Below, in pieces: positions 1 to 12,161 of a DNA stretch of 64,000 bases. Both the position numbers and the translations under genes were made by a program. Under the pieces are notes generated by a model. That model was not told the origin of the DNA, did not search any database, and saw only the letters and a list, made by a program, of their open reading frames with translations. Positions within the stretch are counted from its first letter, which is position 1; every line of letters starts with the position of its first letter. Origin of the DNA: Raillietiella orientalis (taxonomy: Eukaryota); the NCBI GenBank assembly GCA_036172245.1, contig JAYWIR010000010.1:1798001-1862000 (forward strand), read 5' to 3'.

Positions 1-1
1 T

Positions 2-1960
2 GAAAAAGTTCAGAGTGTATCAGATGGAGAGCTCCCAGTGTACTATTACAATGTAAGTGCATACTCTTGTATGAGATGCATATGAATGCTGTCATTACTG
101 CTTTCAGTCTCATAATAGCCCTTCCAGGTACATGGGAAAGATAAAGAAACTCGAAAACAAATACATATTTCAATCAAGAATTATTTTGAAAATCTGGAAA
201 CTAACACAGAAATACAAGAAAATGTAACAGTGATTTCTGTTAAGCAGAAAACTAAAGGTAATTAAGAATAAGCATGACAAGCTTCATTCTGTCAACATAG
301 CTAGCAGAAAAGTAAAAGCAGCTAGATACTTCCTACACTTCATTTTATATAAAGAGAACATAGATACAATGGCAGCAGTTGCAGCTCTTGCATCGCGACT
401 TAGGTAAAAAAAAAAAAAATTATTTAATTGTTCTTTTGATTCTTTTTATTGTAACCATTAGGTAACAGTGAATCTGTGTTTTCCTTTTATTTCATTTAAT
501 TTTTCATTAGTGTACTTCGTGTTATTTCTTCAGAAAATTTATTTTAGAAAGCATCCAAAAGCACTCAGTTATGCAGGAAATAAGGATCGTAGAGCAAAGA
601 CTAGTCAATGGATGTGCATAAGAGACTGTAGTGTTCAGCAGCTAATGCATGCAGCTGCTACTATTAGAGGCATTTGGATAGGCAACTTTTGTTATTCAAA
701 TACATCTTTACATTTGGGACAGCTTCAGGGCAACCATTTCACTGTAGTGCTAAGGTGTAAGAGAAAATGTCATCAGTATGAGTTTTTTTTGTAGAAATGT
801 CAAAGAGACGGATTGCACAGTTGAAGAAGCAACCAAAAGTTTGGCTACTAGAGGCTTTATCAACTATTATGGTATGCAGAGATTCGGTACTACTTGTGTC
901 CCCACTCATAGCATAGGAAAGATGTTACTAGCCAAAAAGTGGCACAAAGTAAAGTCATATTTTTTGGTGCATTCTTATGATTTCAGGCCATTGAATTGAT
1001 TCTTCATCCCCGAAAAAGTGGTGTTGCATCAATAGAAGCTGCCCGAATAAAGTGGTGGGAAAATAGGGATCCTGCTGAAGCTCTGAAACTATTATCTAAT
1101 AGGAATTGTGTGGAAGGCTGTTTACTACAGGGTTTGATTCAATCAGGAAAAAACAATCTTTTAGGTGCACTTAATCATGTAGGTTATTTCTGTCTTAAGA
1201 CTCTGAATTTCAAAGAGAACAGATTCCTTACCCTACACGTCTTATTTACCTCCATGCTTACCAGAGCTATGTGTGGAATCATATAGCTTCACGTCGAATT
1301 GCTACTTTCGGACTACAGGTGGTTGATGGGGACTTGGTGAGAACAAAAAAAGAGGGAAGGCCAGTGGAGCAAGTAAACAATGAGACCATGGCAAGTTTTG
1401 TCATCACTGATGTTGTACTACCTCTTCCTGGAAATGGAGTGAGTTATCCTGGAGGCCCAGTTCGTTCATGGTATGAAGAATGTCTGTCACATGATGGCCT
1501 TTCCTTATTGAGCTTTCAGCACCAAAACACGTAAGTTTCACAAGTATTTAATTTTATGCTTTACTTTGTATGTGCATGTGTGTTTTTTTTTCCCTCTTAT
1601 GCTATCCTAAGGATATTGCCACTAGAAGGTGATTATAGAAATCTTGTAGTAATGCCACAAGATTTAAGGTGGCGTATCACCACCTACTCTGATCCAGAAA
1701 CAAATCTTGTTCTTTCTGATAGAGATGTTTTAGAAGGAGTAACTCTTGATACGACCTCAGGTAAATAAAATGAGCACTGCAAACTAATATTTCTGTTTCA
1801 AGGACTATATAAAGCACTTGTTTTGGATTTCATTTTGCCAAGTAGTTCCTATGCTACTGTTGCTCTGAGAGAACTTTTGCATGTTGATACATCATCTCAT
1901 CATCAGGCATTCCTCAGTAAAGTAGTGATCAGTTCAGCAGCTGAAACATCACTTAAATAA
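2..1960 (+). CDS. PUS7: Pseudouridine synthase 7 (TruD family), multi-exon, 5' end lies outside the window
   Basis: GT-AG joined exons give [12 protein letters not shown], the catalytic motif [68 protein letters not shown] and [16 protein letters not shown]. Stop TAA at 1958-1960 overlaps an AATAAA. Confidence 0.96.
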
Positions 1961-4099
1961 ACCTTTATGACATTACACTTCATTATAAACGCAGCTTTGG
2001 GGATTAGTGTACAAATAGTCAACTTTTTAAAAAACTCAAGCAATTTCAGTGTTATGGTAGCATTGCCATCATGGTTTTGAACATGCCTTTAATCAGTCAT
2101 TAAAGGTTTCACAGACATTCCTTTTGAATTCAGCAGAGCAAACTGCAATGACTTTCAATTTGTATCAGGTCTAAAATTTTACTTCAACTGGGATACCTGT
2201 TATAACATGAAATTAGGATGAACTTTTAGTGCTTATTTTTTCTCGAAATCATAAATAATTGGCAGAATGTTTTAAACAGTTCCACCGGAAAAGGTCACCA
2301 TTACGAACCTATCAACAAGTAATTATAATTTTGTTTTCCACATGTAAAAGCAGAGAATTTCTTTGAAAAAATTTCTTTAAGTCGACTTAAGGTGAAAACA
2401 AAGTGGTAAGACCTCTGAAAGCAATGAAGTAAATCTCAGCTAACTAGGATTAATTTAGCTACAATCAGTTCCTTTGCATTCTTATAGCACTTCACAATTC
2501 ATGATTTGAAGTTGAATTTGATTAAATCATCATGATACAGAGATTAGAAACTCTGATGCTTATAACAAATTAACGTCCTTTTATTTCATCTGTGAGTGAC
2601 TGAACCGAAACTGAATTTTCTCACAGTACTTTGTAGGAAGAATGTTTGCTGCGATTTCCAGTGTACAGGTAATCTAATAAGTTTTAAATTGGTGAAGTTG
2701 CAATAATATCAGCAGCCAGCAACTGCTTTCAGGGTCTGTTTATAATAATGCTCAGTGGTACTAAAATTTCCTTTTCGCACCATATGCTGACCTCTCGTAT
2801 AGTGTGCTTATGAACACCTAGGGTAATGGATATTTTCGGTGTATCGCGTGAATCCTCAGTAGTATTTACATGAATCCTGGAAAGTGTTGGGCTTCAATGT
2901 ACAATACCAAATACTGGAGCCCCAATTATGTGTAATAATGAGTAGAAGATCGAAGCAATAGATGAAACGATCATTCATTATTCATCAGTTAAATTACTGT
3001 TTCTGAATCCGAATTTCAAACTTAATTCCGTTTCCGCCTTAGATTATAAATTATGATATTTTTGCAGAACTCTAGTCCAATAGAAATTAACAGCATATTG
3101 TTTAAATTATTTAAATTTCAGAATGTTAGAAAGTACAGTTGTAAAAATAAAGTTTGTTTGGCTCACGTATGTTGTTTCATGTGTATCATGTATTGTATTC
3201 ATTGACGCTGTGTCATCTTCGATCGAAGTATCTATATTTCATTTTTCAATTTTATTTACTACTAACGTTGAAGAATATTGAATCATTTTCATATTGCACT
3301 TGGCAACTCACAGGGTATTCTCTTGTAAATTCGTATAACCCCCAAATTAGAGAAACAACATCTTCAGCAGTTAGTCTATTCCAAGTATTTAGGAATTTAC
3401 TTCCTTAAATTAATGTTCCTGAGCATAGACGGGAATATATACCCAAGGTGTCGGATAATAAAACGCAATGTCACAAAAGTAATGTGTAGACTTTTGTTTT
3501 GAAGTTGTACAATCGAGTTTTAAGGCATTCTTTGCATTGTTATTGATCACGAGTTTGTTCACATACTCGATCGTAATTGGAAAAATGTGCATGCATCGAT
3601 ATTTCAGACAATTTTGGGGAACATTAGACATGCATTGTGTAATGAGAAATGACAAACTGGAACTAGGTTTAGCTTTGTGTTTTCCATTGTATTGCACGTG
3701 CAGATGCGTACTTAATTATGCTCCCGTCAGTTCCTTTAAGTATGTAAGTATCGAGTTCCATGATAAAACCAGAAAAAGGCAGGGTACTATATTGCAAATT
3801 ATCGGATTAAAAGTTAGGTTTTACATGTAACGTGGATTAGGATGCTTGAATTTTCTGTAGCGAGTCAGATAAATTTTACATTACTTGAAAAGGAAAGCCC
3901 GTCAAACAAGGTGTTGTTTCTAATTGAACTGTTTTCTGGTTACGTGTAATGTATTGTCAGTTGTAACAATTGTAAAATTGTTATCTTTCAAATAATACCA
4001 CTAATTTATTCTTAGACATAAACTACTTGGAATAGTGATTGCTTGCCCAAATTTTATACAAAGGCAGCTCTTATGAGTTGCACAGTTAAGCCCATCAAA

Positions 4100-4632
4100 A
4101 TGTCTGGAGATTTGAAAAAGAAAACTGAAAAAGGGAAATCATATGATGAGATTTTGCAAGGATTCAATCAATTGAGACAGGAACAAAGGCAAATTGCATC
4201 AAAGATTTCTGAATTAGAAGTGGACTTAACAGAACACAGGTGGCTAAAATTCACAAGATTCAAATTAATTCTATTGCAGGCTAGTCATGGACAAGCTTAA
4301 AGAAGTAGAAGGAGGCAGGAAGTGTTTCCGGTTGATTGGTGGAGTTTTAGTGGAACGCACAGTCCAAGAAGTTCTTCCAGCTGTGCAAACCAATAAGAAC
4401 AAGGTAAACAATTTTGCAGACAATTAATTACAACTTCCTGGCTACAACTTAGCTCCAAGAGGCAATTGATGGCTACAAACAGCAGTTACTGCAGAAGGGC
4501 CAGGAACTAATAGATTATCGAAGACAACATAACATTGTTGTACAAGGAGAGGCATCTGAAGAAAATTCAGGTTCTCAAACAGAAGAACTTGAACAAACAG
4601 GAAGCACCACAGGGGTACTTGTGGAAAATTAG
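4100..4632 (+). CDS. PFDN2: Prefoldin subunit 2 (exons 4100-4239, 4280-4403, 4453-4632)
   Basis: Spliced protein MSGDLKKK...FNQLRQEQRQIASKISELEVDLTEHRLVMDKLKEVEGGRKCFRLIGGVLVERTVQEVLPA...KGQELIDYRRQHNI...GVLVEN*. Canonical 40 and 49 bp introns. Confidence 0.96.
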
Positions 4633-4653
4633 CTCTAAAAAGAAATTATGTTC

Positions 4654-5870
4654 TTATCTTGTGTGGGTTATTGTAGCTCCATTTATGTATCTTAAAATTT
4701 TACGAGGCAAACGATCAAAAAACAGTAGTCCAGCTGATCGCTCAATGACTTCAACTGGAACCTGATTTCACATCAATTACAGTATCAGAAAGTTAGAGCA
4801 ATGTCACCTGAAAAGCATGTAATGGCACATCATCCTCTATAGATGTATTGGGTAACACATAAGCTTCCATGTCAAATAGCTGTTCCTCTGTCTCTCCTAC
4901 AATTATTTTAAAAAGATGGGTAGGTACTGCCACATGATTGGCACCCAATACTTCATACATAACATATGACCTTCCATCAGCTTCACGTCTGGAAGTAAGA
5001 ATTAAAAAAGCACTTAAAAGTTAGGCTTACCGAGGTAGAAAAAGAGGTCCAGTGCATATGTACACATTTTTGTACCTATTAGTAAGTCTGCGTACATACA
5101 TTTCTAGGCGGTTCCACGTATCTCTATTGAAACCTTTGCCAACACTGGGTGCAACATTTGACAGAAAAAAGGTTTCATCACAAACTTCTTGACTGCTACA
5201 GTGGTTTCCTGCTGCAGCCAAGTGGCCCCGATCATATCCTGTTCCCTTGTAATCAGTATTAGTAGCCCTATGGTATCAATAGAAACTATGGTGGCAACAC
5301 CCAGAAACATACCGAAAAAAACGATGAATAGTTGGGTCCTCAACAAATTGGCATTTGTGTCGACTGACAGTCTCTGCCCTCTTGATACTTTCCTTTGTTA
5401 AATGTTCAAATACCCAATGAGCTATTCTGTTGCGCCTATCATATGAAATGATGTAATCTCTCCGAGAAATCACGTTATCCAGGCTTGGATAACCAAATCG
5501 CATTATCTGAAATGCATTGTATGGATGGCATGGCATGTTCTTATTTCAAATTGTTAAAGTTGAAACTTTTCTTAGTTTACAAGCCCAGGAAAGAATTACA
5601 TTGATGAGTATTTGTCTGATGTACCTGAGCTGTTCTGTTTGATTTTGGGGGTTCAGGAGGAACTGATGGAAAGATTGGCTCAGCAGCATGAGCTTCACTC
5701 CAGATGATGCCAGGTTTAAAAATATGATTTGTAAATCTACTGCATGCATTATGAATTATCTTCAAAGTGCCTTCACTTTCCCGGAAATCCTGCTCACTCC
5801 AGTAGGCACGACTTGCAAGGCCAATACCGCATCCAACAAATAGACCACTACCGAAATGTAGAAAACGCAT
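4654..5870 (-). CDS. ENDOG: Mitochondrial endonuclease G (beta-beta-alpha-Me nuclease), multi-exon
   Basis: N-terminal presequence-like MRFLHFGSGLFVGCGIG; IMRFGYPSLDN; SYDRRNRIAHWVFEHLT; catalytic GYDRGHLAAAGNH; TFFLSNVAP; GFNRDTWNRLE; VYICTGPLFLPR; AVPTHLFK; VIERSAGLLFF. Minus-strand stop at 4654-4656. Confidence 0.96.
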
Positions 5871-8232
5871 TCTAACCTCTCTGTTATCTTCCTAGGCAAA
5901 GTCTGCATTGCACTAACGTGTATTTCGTGGTAAACACCATGAAGATAAAAATCGAATAAGTATGCTAGACTTGCATTAGTTCGATTCCTCTGAAACTTTG
6001 CGTTTACGTGGAAGATAACATGCACCAGAAGGAAAAACCAAAATGGCTTACAAAGTCTTTTATTCTGTTGACTAAACTGGCAAGACTGTGGTTCAAAGAG
6101 AATTTAAAATTCTCGTAGCTGCCTCTGCAGAATTGGGGATTGCAGTTTCCACATCATGCAATAGTCGACAAGATGCTTTTATTCAAAGCAGTACTGATTC
6201 AAACATTGGGGAAGCATAGAACCACACAGGACACAGGCATTGATAATGCCAAATTAAGGCCCTTTATTGATACTCAAAGTTCATGTCCATTGAAACAACG
6301 TATTTTCAGCGTTATTACGCTTACAAAACCTATAAAGGTGTAATCATTCTGTTTGCCGTACAGATATAAGAACTGTAAACTAAACCACGTAATCAATTAC
6401 TGAGATATTGCTCGCGAGCTATTATTTGCAAATATAAGAACCACACAAATGAAATACATGATAATTTATCCTCAATTTGAGCAACTTTCCGCTTCCAGGA
6501 AACCTGAACAAATATCAATTTAGTATGAACATATTTATTTTCGAGTGAATAACACAAGTTCCTTATTTAAAAATTATTCACGAAAAGAGCTTGGTAATTT
6601 CAGAAATTAGATATACTTGGAATTCACTTTCTTGTTTCAGAAACAATTAAAGATCAAAGCTTCTAAAGTGTTTCACAGTAGCATTTCAGATGCAAATAAA
6701 GTTTACATAACTGGAGCAGAGCATAGCAGTGCTTATGAACTTTTACAAAAAAATATACTTTATTATGCTTTCAGGATGTCAAACACACTGAAAATTTCGG
6801 AAATGAATTATCATCAAGAACACTGCTTTCCACATAAAAAGGATAGCTTAAGTCGTCTTTCCTATAATTTTGTCAAATTTTTCAATTTTTCAGAGTTTCC
6901 TTTAGCATCATTACTGTCTAACTAAGAAAAACAAAAAAATTCTAAAAGATACAGTTTTCATATTCTTCTAGTTCTTAGCTAAAAAATTTTGCTGTCTGTT
7001 ATTAATTATGAGTTTTTTAAATTAGGACTGAATAACATGGGTTCAATAAAGCAATTTTCTATTTTTTCTTTTTCTTTTTTTCAAGAAAAACACCATTCAT
7101 CGACATTTAGCCAAATGTAGTACATTTAGTGCACTTTGTTGTGATTCTCTTAAGAAAACAAATGCAGGGAATATAAAAAAAAATATCAGTGTCTCCAGTG
7201 TTCCAGAGGATGCATAAAGATGTGAAACTGAGCCTTGAAATTAGCTAAGTAGATGACCTTAAATTAAGTAAGAATCGTCTCTTTTTTCACAATTTCTTTT
7301 TTTTTTGAAATTAGTTTAACGATTAATGTTTATATGCAAAAGTAGAAAACAATCATCAGTCATAAAACTGCTTTTCAGTTCTGCCATGGTTATTCATATT
7401 CTAGAACGATCTATTTAGGATTATAAACACTCAGACTGAACATTTATAATTCTAAATAAACCACAAGTTTTCCTGAAAGGATTCCATTTAAAAGTCATTG
7501 AATGTTACTTATCTGAATGCAAATATGGATCTCAGTATTATGAGGAATATAGTTCTCGCAGCAGAATCTTTATTTTTTTATATTCTCATACTTACAATAT
7601 ATATCTATATCCAAACTATAGAATCTTTACAATGGCACTATGAGTTTTCTTAATTGTCTGTCTTCATAGGTGTCTTTCTGAGGTGTCTGAAAATCCATTG
7701 TAATAATATATAATCTCTTAGAAATACGAAACATGACTTTCGTAGAGTCAGTTGCCGAAATCCCGCTTCTTATTTTAAAGAATTTACTTAAATTTTCAAG
7801 AAAATCATTCTCTTTAAGCTATAAAAGCTCGCTCATCTATTATATTTCACTTCATTTACTACAGAGTTTTATATGAATAAATGAATTCTTGTTTAAATTG
7901 ACCCCATTTATTCTTACTTCTATTTATTTACAAATGTAGTTCTGCCCCATTATTTTCATGACTCTGTGCATACTCTTTTCTTGTTCTCTAATGGAAAATC
8001 TATTTTATTTTCAATTAACTTCCTTTTTCATGGAAATCCTATCACAGTAATAATGGTTGTGTAACCATAGTGGCAAAAGTTTTCGTCCTAAAACACTGTT
8101 AAAGCTGTAAAGCTAAAAAGAAAATCACGAAGTGTCTTTGTAGTGGAAGGAATTTATATTTAAACTAGTTCTTTGTACTGAAAATATTTTTTTGTTTCAT
8201 GTCAAAACTAGTGTATTTTTGTTGTGAGAAGC

Positions 8233-9740
8233 ATGATGCAACATGCTAGCGTTATGCTTGCAGTGTGTCAAGCAAGTATGTGAAAAAGGATAGGTATATT
8301 TGTAATACGCCAACAAACCTCAAGTTTTATGACAGAAGAAAACTGTATACATCAGTGTATTCCCTTTGTAGATAAAGACAGATTTGATGCTGATAAACGT
8401 TCAGTATATAAGTTAGTGATTTTTACCAATCCATTTTAACAGTATTTATGCTGAGCACACTCGTATAAATGAAGCGTACTTATAGACACACATTGTTCAG
8501 TTGGTATTATGACATAAAAAATAGGCATTCATTTGTTAATTCTGTCAATGAGTATCCAAGCCTAGTGAGCATTATTTTTCAAAAAATCATAATTCTATTG
8601 ACCCATTGCGGAAAGTTAAGATTCCTAAGCCATTATTGATGTGCGAACGGAATGTTTAACCCCAAGATTATTTGCGATACAGTTCATAAATTTTAAAAGT
8701 TAGTGGATAATCGCCTGGTTGTCTTTGCATTGAGCAGTGTTGTTGCTGCTGACATTTTTTTGGTTATTAAAAATATTGTTTTAAACCATATTATTACTAT
8801 ATTTTATTCATCACAAGTTTAATACAAATTGTTACATCCATTTGAGTTGAGGTTGGATTTCAGGTATTTGTTTTTCAGGCATCCTCTTTTCCCATTGCTT
8901 GCTCTGCTCTTAGAGAAATGTGAAATGGCAACAGCATCCTTGGAGGCACCATCAGCTGAGAGTTTCCAGTCTGATCTGCAAGCTTTTCTGCAGCATCAAC
9001 AACAAGATGAGCATCCAGCATTACTCAATGAACCAGAAGTGGATAATCTGGTAAATCTATTTTATGTATGTTCTAAAACCAATAACTAGCAACCATAGAT
9101 GGTATGGGCCATTCAAGTGCTACGCATCCATTTGCTGGAACTGGAAAAAGTGCAGGAACTTTGTAGAGATTTCTGTAGTCGATACATTTGTTGCTTGCGC
9201 AGTAAACTTCCCCTTAATAGTGTTGTAATTGCAGATGCAAATTATGATAGTGATTCTTCTCATTCACCATTGGATGGGGCTTCCTTGGTACAAACAAATT
9301 GTGAATTTTCAAAATTTATTTCTTGATATAGCATTCTCCAATTGTCTCAGATGCACCACTTCCTTCTTTGTTGTCTACCACATATCTCTCATGCAGTTCT
9401 CTAAGTGAAGTACTGGAAGAAGACATAGAAAATAAAAAAAAGAAAATCAAACGAGGAATCCTGTCCAGAGAAGCTACTAGCAGCTTAAAATCTTGGCTTT
9501 TCCAACATCTTTTGGTAAATGTGCATTCTAACAGCAGTTTATATTTTTTTGCAGCATCCTTACCCTACTGAAGAAGAAAAAAGACAGCTGGCCACACAAA
9601 CGAATCTGACACTATTGCAAGTCAATAACTGGTTCATTAATGCTCGACGAAGAATTCTTCAGCCAATGCTAGAAGCACCAGATAGAGGATGTTGGAAAGA
9701 GGAACTTCTTCCACCCCCTAGTCCTGAAGATAACACTTAA
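8233..9740 (+). CDS. PKNOX: TALE-class homeobox protein of the PKNOX/PREP family (MEINOX domain plus homeodomain)
   Basis: Exons give [51 protein letters not shown] (RIH is PREP-type; Meis has RFH) and the homeodomain [47 protein letters not shown]. The first exon (8233-8275) is inferred from splice phase only. Confidence 0.92.
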
Positions 9741-9764
9741 CAATCATAACATGGCTCTATGTAT

Positions 9765-12161
9765 TCAGATGAGGCCGCGCCTCTTCTTGTAATCCTGAAG
9801 GTTAAGTGAACGTCGAGGAACAGTTTCCCGATTAACTGCACTTATCTTTGTGGATGAGTTGACTGCAGGACCTGTAAAAGAACACTTATCTGCTGTTCCA
9901 TAAATCTACTACTCACTTGGCACAGAGCCAGGAAGATCAATCTTGATATCAAAATCATGGGCATCAAAAAGATCACTTCCTCCTCGACCATCAGAAAAAG
10001 CAGATAGTTTAGAGTCCTGTTTGCAATTTTTGGGCAGCTGGTTGGGTAGATCAGGGAGATCATGGGACACCGAAAATGATCCCTCAGATTGCAGGTTTAG
10101 GTCATTTTCATAAGGGGCGTCCTTAGGACGATGCACAATTTGTGGCTTAGTGTGACGACGAGTAAATGGGTCCTCTGATTTTCGTCCCTGATTGGCACGT
10201 ACTTCCTCCATGATCGCACGCTCTGCTTCCTGAATGTTACGAAGTCTATTACGCTCATTAATGTAGGAAATGCTTTGGAGAGTTGATGTTCGTTGTCGTT
10301 CCAATTCTTCTGCTTTGTCCTCCAACTCTTGTAGCTGTTGCCCTACACTGCATCATGCAAACTTGTTTAGGTCCTTGAATTGGGAACAACTCACCGTGCA
10401 ACTGCATCATGGTCACCACGAGCTTCAGCCATAGCTTTCTCCTTAAGAAGAAGTGTTTTCTTCATGGCAAAATTGTGTGGTGCCTGCTTGAAACGACATT
10501 TTTCGCGAACAATTTGGTCAATATCTTCATCTCTGAATTGATAGTGCTGACATTCCTCTAACTGGCGTCGTTTGGCTTCCACATGTGCTAATGTAGGCAT
10601 TCCTATATCTGCTTCCAGTAAAACATTGCGCCATCGCTGGAATTCTGATTCTTGAAAGTCTTTGTTGCTGACGAATTCTAATCGGAAGACTCGCTCTTGA
10701 TTGGCATGCCTGTGTGAAACTTGCAAAAAACACCAACAAAATGTATAATACCTGAGCAATAATCCTTTGTTCGTACGTGTGTTCCCTAACTGGTATACTT
10801 TGGCTGTCTCACATACATTGATCACTTCAGCCACCTGAGCATTAAACCTATCAACTAATTTCTATAGTTTCATACTCACTCTATAAACTGGTAAACCATT
10901 GTTAGTGCCTATGCCAATGCGTACAAAGCATCCGGGCAAGACTTTGGCAAAAAATGGTAAATGACACCACCTGTATTCTATGAGGACCCTTCTGCACTAG
11001 CCCTCACCTACTTCTCCATCCGGTGACGAGACAGCCTAATTCGATTCAGCTCTTCTCGGCAACTAACATATTGCATCTTCTTGGTCTTCCAGCTATCACA
11101 TTTCTGGTTGGCATGAGGACTGCTGGAGCTGCTAACGTTATTACTGCTATTGCTGCTTTTGCTACTGCTGATAGATTTTTCTGAATCATCACCGCTGTCA
11201 TCAGAGTATATGTCAGAGGCACGCAATTTTTTTATATGACCTTCATCCTCATTCTCGTGAAGGTTTTCCAAAACTATCTCTTGTTTCGCTTTTTCCTTTT
11301 CTTCAGCTGCAATGCACACATTTTTATTGTGAGATAAAAGAAAAACCTACCTCTTCTCTCCTTTTCTTCTCGACGTGCTTTGAGAGCATTCAAAGCTTGA
11401 CCTTTCTTATCCTTCCGAATTTCCTCAACTGTTTTTCTTCTTTCTTTACTACGCAACATTGAATCCTGTTTGCAGCGTTCTTCTTTACGATCCTGCAGCT
11501 TTTGCTCTTGCTTTTTAGCCATTTTCAATTTTCTTTCTACTTCAAAACGCATACGCAAGGCTTCCCGGTTTTCACTTCGATTGAATAGTTCTTGTTCTCT
11601 TTCTTTTTCAGTCATTGCTGCCAATCTTGCTTGATCTTCTTCATCACCCATTAAATTATCGTCGTATCCATCGCTAAATTCCTTACTTCCTGCAGAACCA
11701 GAGTCTGATACTTCACCTGAAGCATTAAACTGTTTATTAAACTAACACAAGAACGCATCAACCTTCTTCAGGTTCTGAAGATACAATAGGTTCATGCTCT
11801 TCCTCACTGCTAAACTCATGCTTTTCATGTTTATGAAATTCATTCTTTGTATATTTAGGACTCAATTTAAATCTCTTTTTCTTCTTCTTTAATTTTCCTT
11901 TAGGATTCCAGTCTCCATCACTGCCAGATGAAGTATCAGAATCTGAGTTTGGTTTCCTACTAACATTATTTGCAGAATGATTCCTCCTGGCCAAAGCAAG
12001 TAAGTCCTAAAAGTTACATCATTATTGCTAGCATTCAACTCAACTTTTATTACAGATTCCAAGTCTGAGCTGCTATCACTTTCTGAATGCAGAACTCCAC
12101 TCTTACGCTTGACAGCTGGCATACCAGCATCTTGCTCTACATGAGATCCTAAAGAAACCAT
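9765..12161 (-). CDS. RTF1: RTF1, Paf1 complex-associated elongation factor (HMD and Plus3 domains), multi-exon
   Basis: [24 protein letters not shown] (histone modification domain); [35 protein letters not shown] and [10 protein letters not shown] (Plus3); [36 protein letters not shown]; terminal [17 protein letters not shown]. Start may be 12161 or 12122. Confidence 0.97.

Noticed and set aside
565..610. PUS7 catalytic motif GNKD instead of the common GTKD
   Set aside because: The TruD motif is GxKD and the catalytic Asp is intact, so there is no sign of inactivation.
1961..4050. Gene between PUS7 and PFDN2 (ORFs 3154-3830)
   Set aside because: Short AT-rich ORFs with no recognisable motif or consistent exon chain; more likely UTR and promoter sequence.
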